Positions 25,016-36,146 of a DNA stretch of 64,000 nt are shown one piece after another. Positions within the stretch are counted from its first letter, which is position 1. The number at the start of each line of letters is the position of its first letter. The translations under genes were made by a program, and so were the position numbers. Under the pieces are notes generated by a model that saw nothing but the letters and a program-made list of their open reading frames with translations, searched no databases and had not been told where the DNA came from. The stretch comes from Neoconidiobolus thromboides FSU 785 (lineage: Eukaryota > Fungi > Entomophthoromycota), in assembly GCA_025603075.1 (NCBI GenBank), contig MU626303.1, positions 1-64,000 on the forward strand, in the 5' to 3' direction.

Positions 25016-25809
25016 TTCAATTTATTATAATTTAAAATGAAATCAAAGTAATCACTTGAGTTTATATAGTGATCAAAAATAATGATATCATTTTTGGTAA
25101 ATTTAATTTGTTATTTAATTTTGATATTTACCATTTAAATCAAGATAATTTAACAATATTATAATCAAATTCATTTTTATCACATATCTTCTACAAGCTT
25201 TATTGTTTTTAAAAAATAATATTCCTAATTCGGTCTGATTTACTCATTTAAAATACAAATTAGACCAATGATCGTTTTTATAATATAAATCTATTAACAT
25301 AAATTCTGTTTTTAAATAGTTTTACAAATAAAAAGCTTTTTTTAAACTGCAAAATAATTTAGTCACATCTCTACTTAATTGAATATTCTTTTAAATTATT
25401 AAATTATTTTATAGAATAGCTATCAAAATAATATAATTATATTTTTAGTTAACCAATTTATGAAAAAATCAAATTTATATATATATAATTCGATACTTTA
25501 TATTTTTCAGTATATAAAATTTTTAGAGTAATATTTATAATGTTTTTAATTAAATGACTTTTAAAGTTATAAATTGATGGTTGAGTAATAGCATTTAGTA
25601 TGTTTTAATATAATCTTATCAAATAAAATCTAAACCTGATATGAGGATAATAAAATAGATTATTGGAGATAAAAGGCGTAGTTTATAAAATAGTCCAAAA
25701 TAGCTTATTTTAATGATTTTGAATATTGTAACTAATTTATATGTTCAGTTATTTAATTGAAAAAAGCTCAATGTATTACTATCCTGTATGTATATTTAAT
25801 TAAATCACT

Positions 25810-26748
25810 TTATTTGAGTTGAACGGGTTTTCTCCATCTTAATGCAAATGCAAAGATATTCATCATTGAACAAATAGCAATGATAGCCATACACCAGAAA
25901 AAGGCAGCAATATCAGCTAAACATCCTATAATAGGTATACCAGGTTGAGAGTTTCTTAAAGCAGGTAATGCAAATAACATAGATATTCCAACAGCCAAAA
26001 GAGGTGGCGGAATATCCCTACGTGAAATTATAATATCATAAGTAAATACAAACAATGCAATAGATAACCCCCACATTACGATCATTACAAAAATTGAAAA
26101 AATCTTGGATTTAAGAGGTTGAGTTAGTTGAATAAAAACCCCCAGAGCTTCTGAACTTGTATAGGAGCCTTTGAATAATGGTATCAGTTCTTCAAGATCT
26201 TTAATAGGGCTTGAGCGAACAGCTGGAGAATAGGATAATAAATCTCTATCAGTTGTTATTGCAATTGGAATAATTGTTTTGTTAGTATCTTCGCAAGTAG
26301 CAGAAAAATAACTGGTAAACACTTCAAAAGGATAATCATCCACGTTACCATCAATGATAGGCACGGTAAAAGTAATCGGATCTGGAAGCTTGCCCTTAAC
26401 AAGGGCTGATTTAGCGTAAAGTAAATTACAAGTTATGTTTTCGTTTGGTACACCAAATTCATTTGAATATCCTCCAGATAAAAAAATATGAGAATATAAA
26501 TTAATTTTACGGGCAGCTGAATCTACCGATTGGAAATTAAGATGAAAATTAACCCCTTCAAAAGTTTCCTCAGTTTCTCCAGCTGGTATGTAAGATCCAT
26601 TGTCCCCAGATAAATTATTATCCTTGGTTAAGATCACGGGAAGAACGATTATGCACCATAAAGCTATCCCTATTATAAAGCATACAATTCTTCTAATCCG
26701 AGTATTTGAAGAGATTCTTTCATAATTATCTTTTATAAATTGAACCAT
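25810..26748 (-). CDS. DUF4436-like membrane protein, paralogue 4 (intronless)
   Basis: First ATG at 26748 (track start 26763 is TTG); TRIRRI anchor, YPFE, PPPLLAVGISMLFALPALRNSQPGIPIIGCLADIAAFFWC. Confidence 0.88.
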   Translation of the reverse strand: MVQFIKDNYERISSNTRIRRIVCFIIGIALWCIIVLPVILTKDNNLSGDNGSYIPAGETEETFEGVNFHLNFQSVDSAARKINLYSHIFLSGGYSNEFGVPNENITCNLLYAKSALVKGKLPDPITFTVPIIDGNVDDYPFEVFTSYFSATCEDTNKTIIPIAITTDRDLLSYSPAVRSSPIKDLEELIPLFKGSYTSSEALGVFIQLTQPLKSKIFSIFVMIVMWGLSIALFVFTYDIIISRRDIPPPLLAVGISMLFALPALRNSQPGIPIIGCLADIAAFFWCMAIIAICSMMNIFAFALRWRKPVQLK

Positions 26749-27332
26749 ATTATGTAAATGCAATATAAAAAATTATTTCTTAATTCCTTTAAACCGTTTT
26801 ATATAGTTACTTATAGGGGTGAATGAATAAAATTTGATAAAAATGGCAAAACAAATTAGCTTATGAAAACCTTAATATCATATTATATTAAGGGTGTATA
26901 CTTTTGATTAACTCAATATGCTCCATTTATGAAACTTGGATTAACTAAAAATAGCTTTAAATTAAAAATCTTTTAAAAATATATATTTTTACATAATAAT
27001 AAAGAATTTAGTGCATGAAGTATTCTTTATTCTTCATCTTTACAATGCTTCGTTAAACATGTTGGTAAAGTACAACAACATGATTTTTAAGCTATCGCTC
27101 ATTTTAGGTTATATTATTCTAAACACACTAAAGTATTTTTAATTTACCAGATATTAAAAATACAACTTACTCTCACTTTTGGACATGTTTCTATTAAGGG
27201 GGTTTGGAATTTATTGACGGAGGTTTATTGTCCCGAGCTAATTTTTTGCAAAAAATTATTGGTTTAAAGATCAATGTTTTTTCTAAAAGGTTTTGCTCAC
27301 CAGCTTTTTAATTTCATAATCCCCCGATCTTA

Positions 27333-27438
27333 ATACGGGAGTGTTTTTTTGATTTCATAACTTTTTCCATTTTTTGAGCGCTATTTAGGCGGAGAGATTG
27401 TTAGTAAAATTATTAAGCAAAAAAATACATCCCCATAC
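27333..27438 (-). mobile_element. family A repeat, copy 9
   Basis: ATACGGGAGTG...CTTTTTCCATTTTTTGAGCGCTATTTAGGCGG...AATACATCCCCATAC. Confidence 0.8.
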
Positions 27439-27820
27439 ATTGATTATCAAAGTTATAAACCAATTGCTAACATAGCCCAAAAATAAGGTGAACCTTTAAA
27501 AACTTAATTGAATCAAGACATGTCTTTTGTAACTCTTTTGCAATTTTTTTTGGTAATTTTAATCAAATTATAGGTTTCTCTAAGATAAGCACTATACTAA
27601 AATAAATTTTATTGTGTCATCGCCATTTTATATTCGCAAAAAATAAAAAGTCAATTTTCAAAACAAGGTTTTAATAAAGATCTTCTCTTCTAATAATAAA
27701 TACGATTTAGTCAATAAAAGCTAATTATTTCACTAGAGTAGCATTTGTAGTAATCAATTTTAAAATTGTAACTTTTAATCTTTTAGCTCCAGATTATTAT
27801 GTTTTAATTCTGGAACTTTT

Positions 27821-27926
27821 ATATGGAGATGTATTTTTGTATTTAAGAATTTTACTGACAATTTTCCCACATAAATAGCGCTTAAAAAATGGAAAAGTAA
27901 TGAAACCAAAAAAAACAGCCCCATAT
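27821..27926 (+). mobile_element. family A repeat, copy 10
   Basis: ATATGGAGATGTATTTTTGTATTTAAGAATTTTACTGAC...AATAGCGCTTAAAAAATGGAAAAGTAATG...CAGCCCCATAT. Confidence 0.85.
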
Positions 27927-27961
27927 CATTGCTAAAAGCAAAAATAAAATGTGATTTCTCA

Positions 27962-28058
27962 ATGCTGGAATGTATTTCTCAAATTTTGCAATTTCTCTCT
28001 CTACTTAAGCAGTGCCTAAAAAGCGTAAAAGATGATAGAATAAAAAACGCTCTCATAT
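27962..28058 (+). mobile_element. family A repeat, highly degenerate copy 11
   Basis: TGGAATGTATTT...CTACTTAAGCAGTGCCTAAAAAGCGTAAAAGATG...AAAAAACGCTCTCATAT; same order of motifs, many substitutions. Confidence 0.45.
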
Positions 28059-28176
28059 ATTGGTTTTCCTAGTAAAAATAACGAATTAAAATAAATTAAT
28101 TATCAGCTGATTTTATTTGTTAAAACTATTTTTAAGTACAACTCTAGTAATTTTCGTGTACAAATTTGTTAAAATA

Positions 28177-28566
28177 CAATCACTAAAGTGGGAAAATGAT
28201 TGTTAGAATTTATCTCAGCACTAATCAACAGAAAATTTATACCAAATAATTACTATTAAATTCAATTAAAGTTTTTTATCATATTTAAACAAAAATATAA
28301 TTTATAATACAATACAACTTAAATAAAATTATGGATGCAGAATTTTTTTTTGATTTAATTCCAATATTTTATTTTAGTAAACTTTCGTGTTTATGATTAA
28401 TTTAGTGCCAACTCCTTACTAGAATTTATCATACGAAAGATATCTTTGCTTATAAGTTCTAGTGCAAACCTATTCAAAATTGTCAAATTTAATTTTTTTT
28501 TTGCAACTTTAAAGAATAAATTTGCTGAAACAAATCTGTGACATCCATTTTCCCACTTAGTGACTG
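28177..28566. mobile_element. ~390-bp MITE (family B), Tc1/mariner-like ends with TA duplication
   Basis: TA|CAATCACTAAAGTGGGAAAATG (28175) vs reverse complement of right end TA|CAGTCACTAAGTGGGAAAATG (to 28568); weaker similarity extends to about 45-50 bp; no ORF. Confidence 0.75.
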
Positions 28567-28695
28567 TAAAACGCATTATAAAAATAGGTAAGTAAGAATG
28601 AGGTAAAAACTACGTAACTAATATAATGTGAAACTAACAATGAGTATATAAACTAAGTAAAGTCAAAACTGATAATTATATTTAAATTAAATAAA

Positions 28696-28869
28696 ATGGC
28701 TGTTGAAGCAAGTGATGTTTTGAAAGTAGTTGGTACAATCCTTTTACCACCTTTAGGCGTGCTTTTAGATAGAGGTTGTGGTGTTGATCTTCTAATTAAT
28801 GTATTGTTAACTCTATTAGGCTATATCCCTGGATTAATTCATGCTTTGTATATAATAATGAAGTTGTAA
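28696..28869 (+). CDS. PMP3: plasma membrane proteolipid, Pmp3/RCI2 family (57 aa; absent from ORF track)
   Basis: MAVEASDVLKVVGTILLPPLGVLLDRGCGVDLLINVLLTLLGYIPGLIHALYIIMKL*. Confidence 0.93.
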   Translation: MAVEASDVLKVVGTILLPPLGVLLDRGCGVDLLINVLLTLLGYIPGLIHALYIIMKL

Positions 28870-29556
28870 CCGTTAACTGGTGTTAAATAATATATCTACT
28901 CTCTTTATTAATAAATATGCCTTAATAGCGAGTCTCATTTTTTTACTGCATGTTTTTTTTAATATGGATGATAAAAATATAAGTTTTCACTATGTATAGG
29001 AATTATCAGTTAAATACTTTTCTTCTACTTTTAACTATTCCATATCCTCCCACTTTAGCCTGTTATCAAAACGAAGCTCTAAGACTTTGTCAGTACTTAA
29101 TAAAGTAAGTGAGTTGATTTTTGTAAAGATAAAGGAGTCATCTGCAGTGCCAAGCCTGAACAGAATAAGTTAATAAATATTAACAATGAAATCAAAACAA
29201 ATTTTATAAGCAATAAGAATACTTTGTACTTAATATCTAATTACCAAATAATAATAGATCACAGTATAAAAAAGTTCAAACTACAAGTTTAAAAAAATGA
29301 AGCGAATTAATAAAATGTATATTTTCTAAGCATGCTTAAATATACTTTATTTTTTAGGAGGTATAAAAATTAATGAAAATGAGGAGCTATGAGTTTAAAT
29401 ATAAACCGAATTAATGATTAAAAAAATACCACCTTATAAATTGAAAATTAAGATTGAGATAAAAGCTATAGCATGATAAAAATAAAAGGTCCTCCCAATC
29501 CAGCGGTTGAGGAAAAATAGTTAAATAAACCCGATACAGGAGTGAGACCATTGAGT

Positions 29557-32500
29557 TTAACGTTTAATAAACGTTCTCCTTAATAATGAAAGGAGCTTGG
29601 TTACATTTAATTGTACATATTCTAAATCTAATAAATGAACATTGTCTTGTTGCTAAATTTAAATTAATATATATTATAAGCACATTATTAGTATAGTTTA
29701 GTTTACCTTCTCCAATAAATCATCTAATTTTAGATCCATTTCTAATATAGGTTTCTCTCTCCCTAGATAATTTTAGATTTAATTGACAATTTGTATAAAT
29801 AAATTACCCTTATAGTGAAGCGCTATAATAAATGTTCCAGGAACAGGAGAAAATATGTTGAAGTAAATATTGTTACGTCTAAAGATATGTTAAAAAATAG
29901 TAATTAATTAATATATAAAGTTACCTATTCTCTGGGATATTACTTTCCACAATAGTTCCGTCTTTTTCAAGTTGGAAATGAGAAAATTTATATGGCCCTA
30001 ACATTTGTGGTTTAGCCTTTTCTTTAATACCAATTCCACCAGTTTGGAAACGAACATTTTGCAAGTATGCTTTATATGACTCTAATTGGCATCTCAAATA
30101 GTTGTTATGATCACAGATGGTTTTGTAGACTGTTTCTAATGAAATGTATTCATCTTTGATTTTTTCCCGAAGATTCCCAAGATGTGTAATTTCCTAAATA
30201 AAGTTATTAAATAACCTTAAATAAATAAAAATCTATTACTTGTTTAACTTCTTCGGTCATTAAATTATAATTATCGTTTGGATCAACAGCTCCAAGCTCT
30301 TCTAGTTCCTTTAACATGTCGTATACTTTAATTCCTTTGCGGACTAAAGAAGGATCTTTACTCATTGATGCCTGTTTGGCAACTTCACCGAGGTTCAAAT
30401 CACACAATGCAAAATGAGGAAGAGCTCTTAACAACTGAACAAAGATGGATTTTGTTTCCATATACAAAAGATCCGTTTTGGTGACATTCATGTCATTAGG
30501 GAAAGCACCGAGCCCTATTTAAATTTTAGTATCATAAGACAGAAACTACTTTGTGATTACCTTCGATAGGAGTTTCGAACTTACTGAAGAGGGGTAACTC
30601 TACAGTTTTATTTTCATATCTTGGTACTTGAGGAGGTGGGGGACCTAGTTCATCTAAACAAATTCTAAGCCTTTGATCCTCGTTTGGAGCCTAACATAAA
30701 TTAGAATTTTACATTAAAAAAGGAAGTATAAAACATACCAATGAATTCATATGTTGAACTAAAAGTGCATGGGTGTTGAACATTTCATTTAATGTAATAT
30801 TCAATACAAGGTCCTTTTTAGATAAAGCAATATATTGATCCATCTAGATATTTTATTTTAGTACAAACCAAAGCTATCTCAAATATTCTTACCTCTAAAC
30901 CTTCATAGAAATCCCCTACTTCACATAACTCATTTAAAAACCTATTCACTCTAGGTTTATTACTTTCGATGAATGGAGTAAGTGCAGTCATATGAGCTTC
31001 TTTAGAATAGGTTGGCTTATTAGCTAAATTTTGAACTATTTTAGCGACCTAAAAATTTGTTAGGATGTATTTTTAATACGTAAATAGAATATACCAGTGT
31101 AAGAGTACGTCTGGGATTCTTGAGTAAGCTTTTTTCTACAAGCATATATGCCTGTGGGGTTACAATAGCAGGATTTAAGAAACGTAAAAAGAAAAATGCA
31201 CCAATCAAAGTACAAATACTATAGTCGGAAGCTTGTGGATATTTACGCTACAAGTAATATAAGTATCGTTATTTTTTTGTTTTTTATATAACAAACCTTT
31301 GTCAATGATCGAATTTGTTTACAAATCCATCGGATACCGTATGGTACAGTCTCAAGAGATTCGATAATGGTATCTAGAAATCCAGTTGCTACTTCACAAA
31401 GTTTTTCAATTCTAGGTTCTATCCTTTCTTGAACTTTTGGATGCTTAGCAGCTTCTTCAGCAGTTACTCCTTTTGGAGGAGGAGGTAAATCGTTATCTTC
31501 GGCTTCTCTGACAACCTCTTCATAAACCTAAGAATATTTAGTTTTCGATAAAAGACTATTATACTTTATAATACCGAAAGAGGATTAATTTCTAAGTTAA
31601 GTTCGGTATCTTCAATTACAGCAAAAATACGTGCAGCTAAAACATTTTTGAGATAAGTTTGTCCAGGGCCACGTCTAAGAAAGGTTTAGTCTTCATAACA
31701 TAAAATAAGATTTATAATACCGTGTATATGTGGTCATCATCCTTGACACTGGTGTATTTGCTCTCAAAAGGGATCCGAACTCTGTGGTAGCTTCAAACTG
31801 GGCAGAAAGCACAGACTAAAATAGTTAGCTAAAGCTCGAATAGATAAGTTGTAAATCCTACCTGGAACATAGTAAGCAGAAGATGCTCTTCTCTGCTTTC
31901 ATATTGGTTACCATAAAGAGTAAACATAACTGTTTGAAGTAAAGTATCTATTTCTGTTAAACTGACTAATCGTGTGAGGGTGGCTACATGTCTAGGCTCT
32001 GACTGAAGAAGGAAAAATAAATTTCCGTATTGCTATATAACAATTTTAGCTTTCCTAAATTGACTTTTTGAATAAATTACCTGACGCTTTCTATCATCAG
32101 GGAAAACACCTTCAATGGAATCTGTTTCTTCTAGATGAACTGCCATATCCTAATATAATTTAATTTTTAATCTGAAAAATGACAAAGTTTCTTACTTTAA
32201 CTTCGTCAAGAGCCATTCTATTTTGAATCAGCAAAGCAATTCTCCCATCTAAATATCTAACATCACGTTCAAGGACAAAATTCTTCTTTGATTGTGCGGA
32301 AATTCTGCCTTTTAAGTCCGATAATTCTTTCTGTGCTATAATTTTGGTCAAACTTAAAACTTAAACTTTGAAATTAAAATACCTTTTGCCAAATCATCAT
32401 TGACTTCTGAATCATGTTCAGCGGCCATTGAATAATAGGCAGATACCGAATATCTATTTCCAGAGTATCCAGAATTTTCGCTATGGCGAGGTTGTGCTTG

Positions 32501-32596
32501 TGCTTGTGCTTGTGTAGTTACCATTTGACTTCGAGGTACTGACGATAAAGCAGGAGCTAAAACTGAACCTGAAAGGGCACTATTACGCAAAGACAT
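29557..32596 (-). CDS. Ras GTPase-activating protein (S. pombe Gap1/Sar1 type, RasGAP + RasGAP_C), multi-exon
   Basis: [62 protein letters not shown], final exon [17 protein letters not shown]. Confidence 0.88.
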
Positions 32597-32780
32597 TGGG
32601 ATAGAATCGTATTATAATTTAATTATTTGTCCGATATGGTTGCCTTTCCGGGTTTATAAAAAACGAGTAGTTAACTAATTAATGATAATATTAATTCAAG
32701 ATTAAATTAAAGAACTTAAGTTGAGTCTAATTTCCATTTACATTAGCTTACTTTCTCCATCTTTGTCATAAAAAATTGAA

Positions 32781-32917
32781 ATTGGCCAATGGCATCCATT
32801 GTATTGCCTAAATATCGAATGAAAAGCGAGAAATTATAAGTTAAGGTTTTGGCCAATAGCTGTTTTACTTTATAATTTAATATTCATTGCACCTTTTATT
32901 TTTCCAGATTGGCCAAT
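32781..32917. promoter_or_regulatory. three palindromic CCAAT boxes upstream of the RasGAP gene
   Basis: ATTGGCCAAT 32781-32790, TTGGCCAAT 32849-32857, ATTGGCCAAT 32908-32917. Confidence 0.45.
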
Positions 32918-34222
32918 AAATTAAAAAAATTGTTCCTTATAATAATTTAAATTAATAGTTTTCAAATATCCAATAAAATTTGATGAAGTGAAAATAATTA
33001 TGGTAAATGAAAGTAATAGAATTCAAACAAAATTAATATATTTAATAAGCAGTAGGATATTTGTGTCTATTGGTTTTAATTTTCATGGGAATTAAGTGTT
33101 AATTATAACAAATATAGATTTTTGAAATAAAGGTAATGTATTATTAATGTGTTGGACTCTAACTGACAATATGAATAAATCAAAAATAGTTATTTGATTA
33201 AGTTTACTTGTAACTGTAAGCTGACAATTAGATATTAAAGTTGATGAATTTGGAGCCGCAGAATTAATTGAGGTACTGGCATATTGGAAAATGGTACATA
33301 AATTAAGCTTAACATAGTTTTGTATATTATGTAATAAAAACCCTTAAAATAAGAATAAAGATTTAAACTTCACTTTTCTATATAAAAGCAGCAGCTTTAA
33401 TTTTGCATAGAAATACTTGTAAGCTATAATTATACAAAAGTGTGCTCTAAACGCTCATATAGAATAATAGCGATGATTTAGATTTAAAAATACCATATTA
33501 GTGTTTGAGTAGCTAAGTTACCATGATTTTATAATTGCTGCTCTTATTGTCACTAATACAAAATTATTAATAAAATATTTAAAACTAAATTTATAAAAAT
33601 TCAAAATTAGTATTTAAATAAGCTTATTTTAGTAAAAAGAAAGCTATTAAGTACTATAGTTGCCTCATAATAAAATTACCTGTAGTATATAGTCTATATA
33701 TATAATAAAATTAAATATAATCTCAATTTATTTTAAATATTATGAAATAGTTACATTCAAATTTGCTGATAAAGATTAGTATAGTTTTATAATTCTTCAA
33801 ATTGATAGATTTGATAAATCAGTACTTTAACTAAATACTAATTAGAAAAGCACACTTCAATTTAAAATCAAATGTAATATACATAACACATATACATAAA
33901 TACGATCAAAATCCAATCTTAGATACTTAATATCGAATACAGACTTTAAAGATAGATGTTTATTTATAATTAAATTTATTTCTCGCTTGTAATAATAATT
34001 TTACAAAAATCAAATTATAGTTTAATTAAATAATATATAAACTGAAGCGAGGATGATAGAAAGTTTAAAGTAATCGGTATCTTTCAAATAAAAATAAAAT
34101 AAATATTCATTCTTATCTATTTAGGAAACTTTTATTATTCAAGCCAAGATTCCAATTAGTTTTAAATCTTATTTTAACAAAATCCAGAGATTTTATCATA
34201 AGCTTGACTTATATTCGATAGT

Positions 34223-34988
34223 CTACCTCTTTACCTCTTTATCTCTTTTTAGAACCGTTTGGTGGTTTTCTATAGTTAAAATTTCCGCTTTTACTTTAGC
34301 TAGGTTACACTTCCCACTATCTATAATTGCACCAGGATCTCTGCTACTTTTACTCCCTTTAAATGTAATGGCTTCATATTTATCTGAGAAACTAGCGCTA
34401 ACAACAGCACTGTCTTTCATAACATTTAAACTATTTTTGGATGACCTTTCTGCTTTTCTCTTTTGAGTGTCTCTAGTACAATGTGTCTGTTTGCTTTGGC
34501 TGTTAATGTTTTTTTTACCCTTCTTCTCATTATGTTCGAACAACTACTGCTAGCCTTATCCTTGGTACTATATATCATTTGTTTACAGTCAATGTTTGTT
34601 GCCACTTTATTATTTATTACATCTTTACCACCCACTGCATTTCTTATCACTACCAATACCTTCATTTTCCCTTTTTTATTTAAAATATCCTTTTCAAGTC
34701 TATTTGTCTTTATATTTTTAACACTGCTGGCAATTACTTCACTATCGTCAGCAGTACTTACGATCAGTTCATCGTTACTGTTTAGCATATCTTTGTTGTC
34801 ACCATTTATAACATTTTTCTTCTTGTCTAAAAGCGACTTTTTTAACCTTTTATTTTTTGTGACTCTTTTTTATTGAGCATTTCCACTTTTTTATCGATAG
34901 CTATCACCACCTTTTTTTAGGTCTAGTTTTTTTCTATTTGTTTTTTTCTGTTAGTTGTAGCATATATGGCTGAATCAGTGATCATCAT
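34223..34988 (-). pseudogene. possible frameshifted Lys/Asn-rich gene remnant
   Basis: Overlapping minus-strand ORFs 34426-34788 and 34223-34543 in different frames; further protein-like sequence upstream to ATG 34988 is broken near A-runs. Confidence 0.3.
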
Positions 34989-35184
34989 TTTTTAGTATAG
35001 TTAAAAAAATAAACTTGATCTTTACTTTATTCTTTTATTGTTAAAAGTTGATTGAACAAGGGATGGGTCATTGTCAATCAATTAAATGGAAATTATAAGT
35101 CAATGTGCTTTTGAACAAAAACTATCAATGATTTATATAATTAATGTATAAAATGAACAGATGGCTTGTAAACCTAAAATCAAG

Positions 35185-35289
35185 ATATGGGAGTGTGTTT
35201 TTTTATTTAGGAATTGTACTACAATCTTTCCACTCAAATAGCACTTAAGAAATGGAAAAATAATGAAACTAAAACAAATATCCTCATAT
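35185..35289 (+). mobile_element. family A repeat, copy 12
   Basis: ATATGGGAGTG...TTTCCACTCAAATAGCACTTAAGAAATGGAAAAATAATG...ATATCCTCATAT. Confidence 0.8.
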
Positions 35290-36146
35290 TCAATATATTT
35301 TTTAGTGGCTTTTTTATATATAACTACATTGACTTTTTTGTTAGCATACATATATCTTTATCGTTTTTATAAAATAAGCTTACTTGTGAATAAAGTCTAA
35401 ATTTTTAATTACTTTAAGGATAATTTAACATAAATAGTAAATAACAAATAGCACCGAATTATAATATTATGTTTAAAGACACTGAAAAATTAACTAAATG
35501 TTATCAACTAGTGGCTTTTTATATTTTTCAAAGATATCAATAACGTCTTTTAGTTGTTGTATGCTTTAAAGCGGTTATTTTAAAGATTTAGAGATAATGT
35601 AAGTTCTAAAATTTAACTACTTTTTAAATATAGCTCTCAGTATAAATAATTAACAAGTTTTCAATTTTATCAAGATCTAACAACGACAAACATTTGATTC
35701 AATTATATTTTGATATTTTTAATCATGAATTTTTTTCCATTTGTAAATAGCACTTATTACACAAACTAGCAAACTGATAGATTTGCCCAAATTGCCTAAA
35801 AAATTACAACTTTATGGATTGTAGTATTTTGGGCATAGTCTTCCATAAATAATCACTCAACCAGGTTACTCATCATCTAGAATATAGTTAGTTAATGTAA
35901 CAAGCCAAAGTTCATTTCTCATCACATAAAGATCGTATCTTATATAGTGAATAGAAAGTAATATATAACATGAAAATAAGTTAGTTTGTATAAATATTTA
36001 TTGTATTACACAAAAATTATAATAACTTTTTATATTTAAGAATAATTATGAACCCTTAAAAACTTGGATCGAAAATTAGAATTGACTAAAATTAAAGAAT
36101 AATATTAAAATTAAAAAAAGTATTCTTTGTGATTTTAATATAAAAT

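Noticed and set aside
34463-34876. 137-aa hydrophobic + strand ORF
   Set aside because: Antisense shadow of A-rich minus-strand sequence; Phe/Leu/Ile/Ser composition is what T-rich DNA gives.
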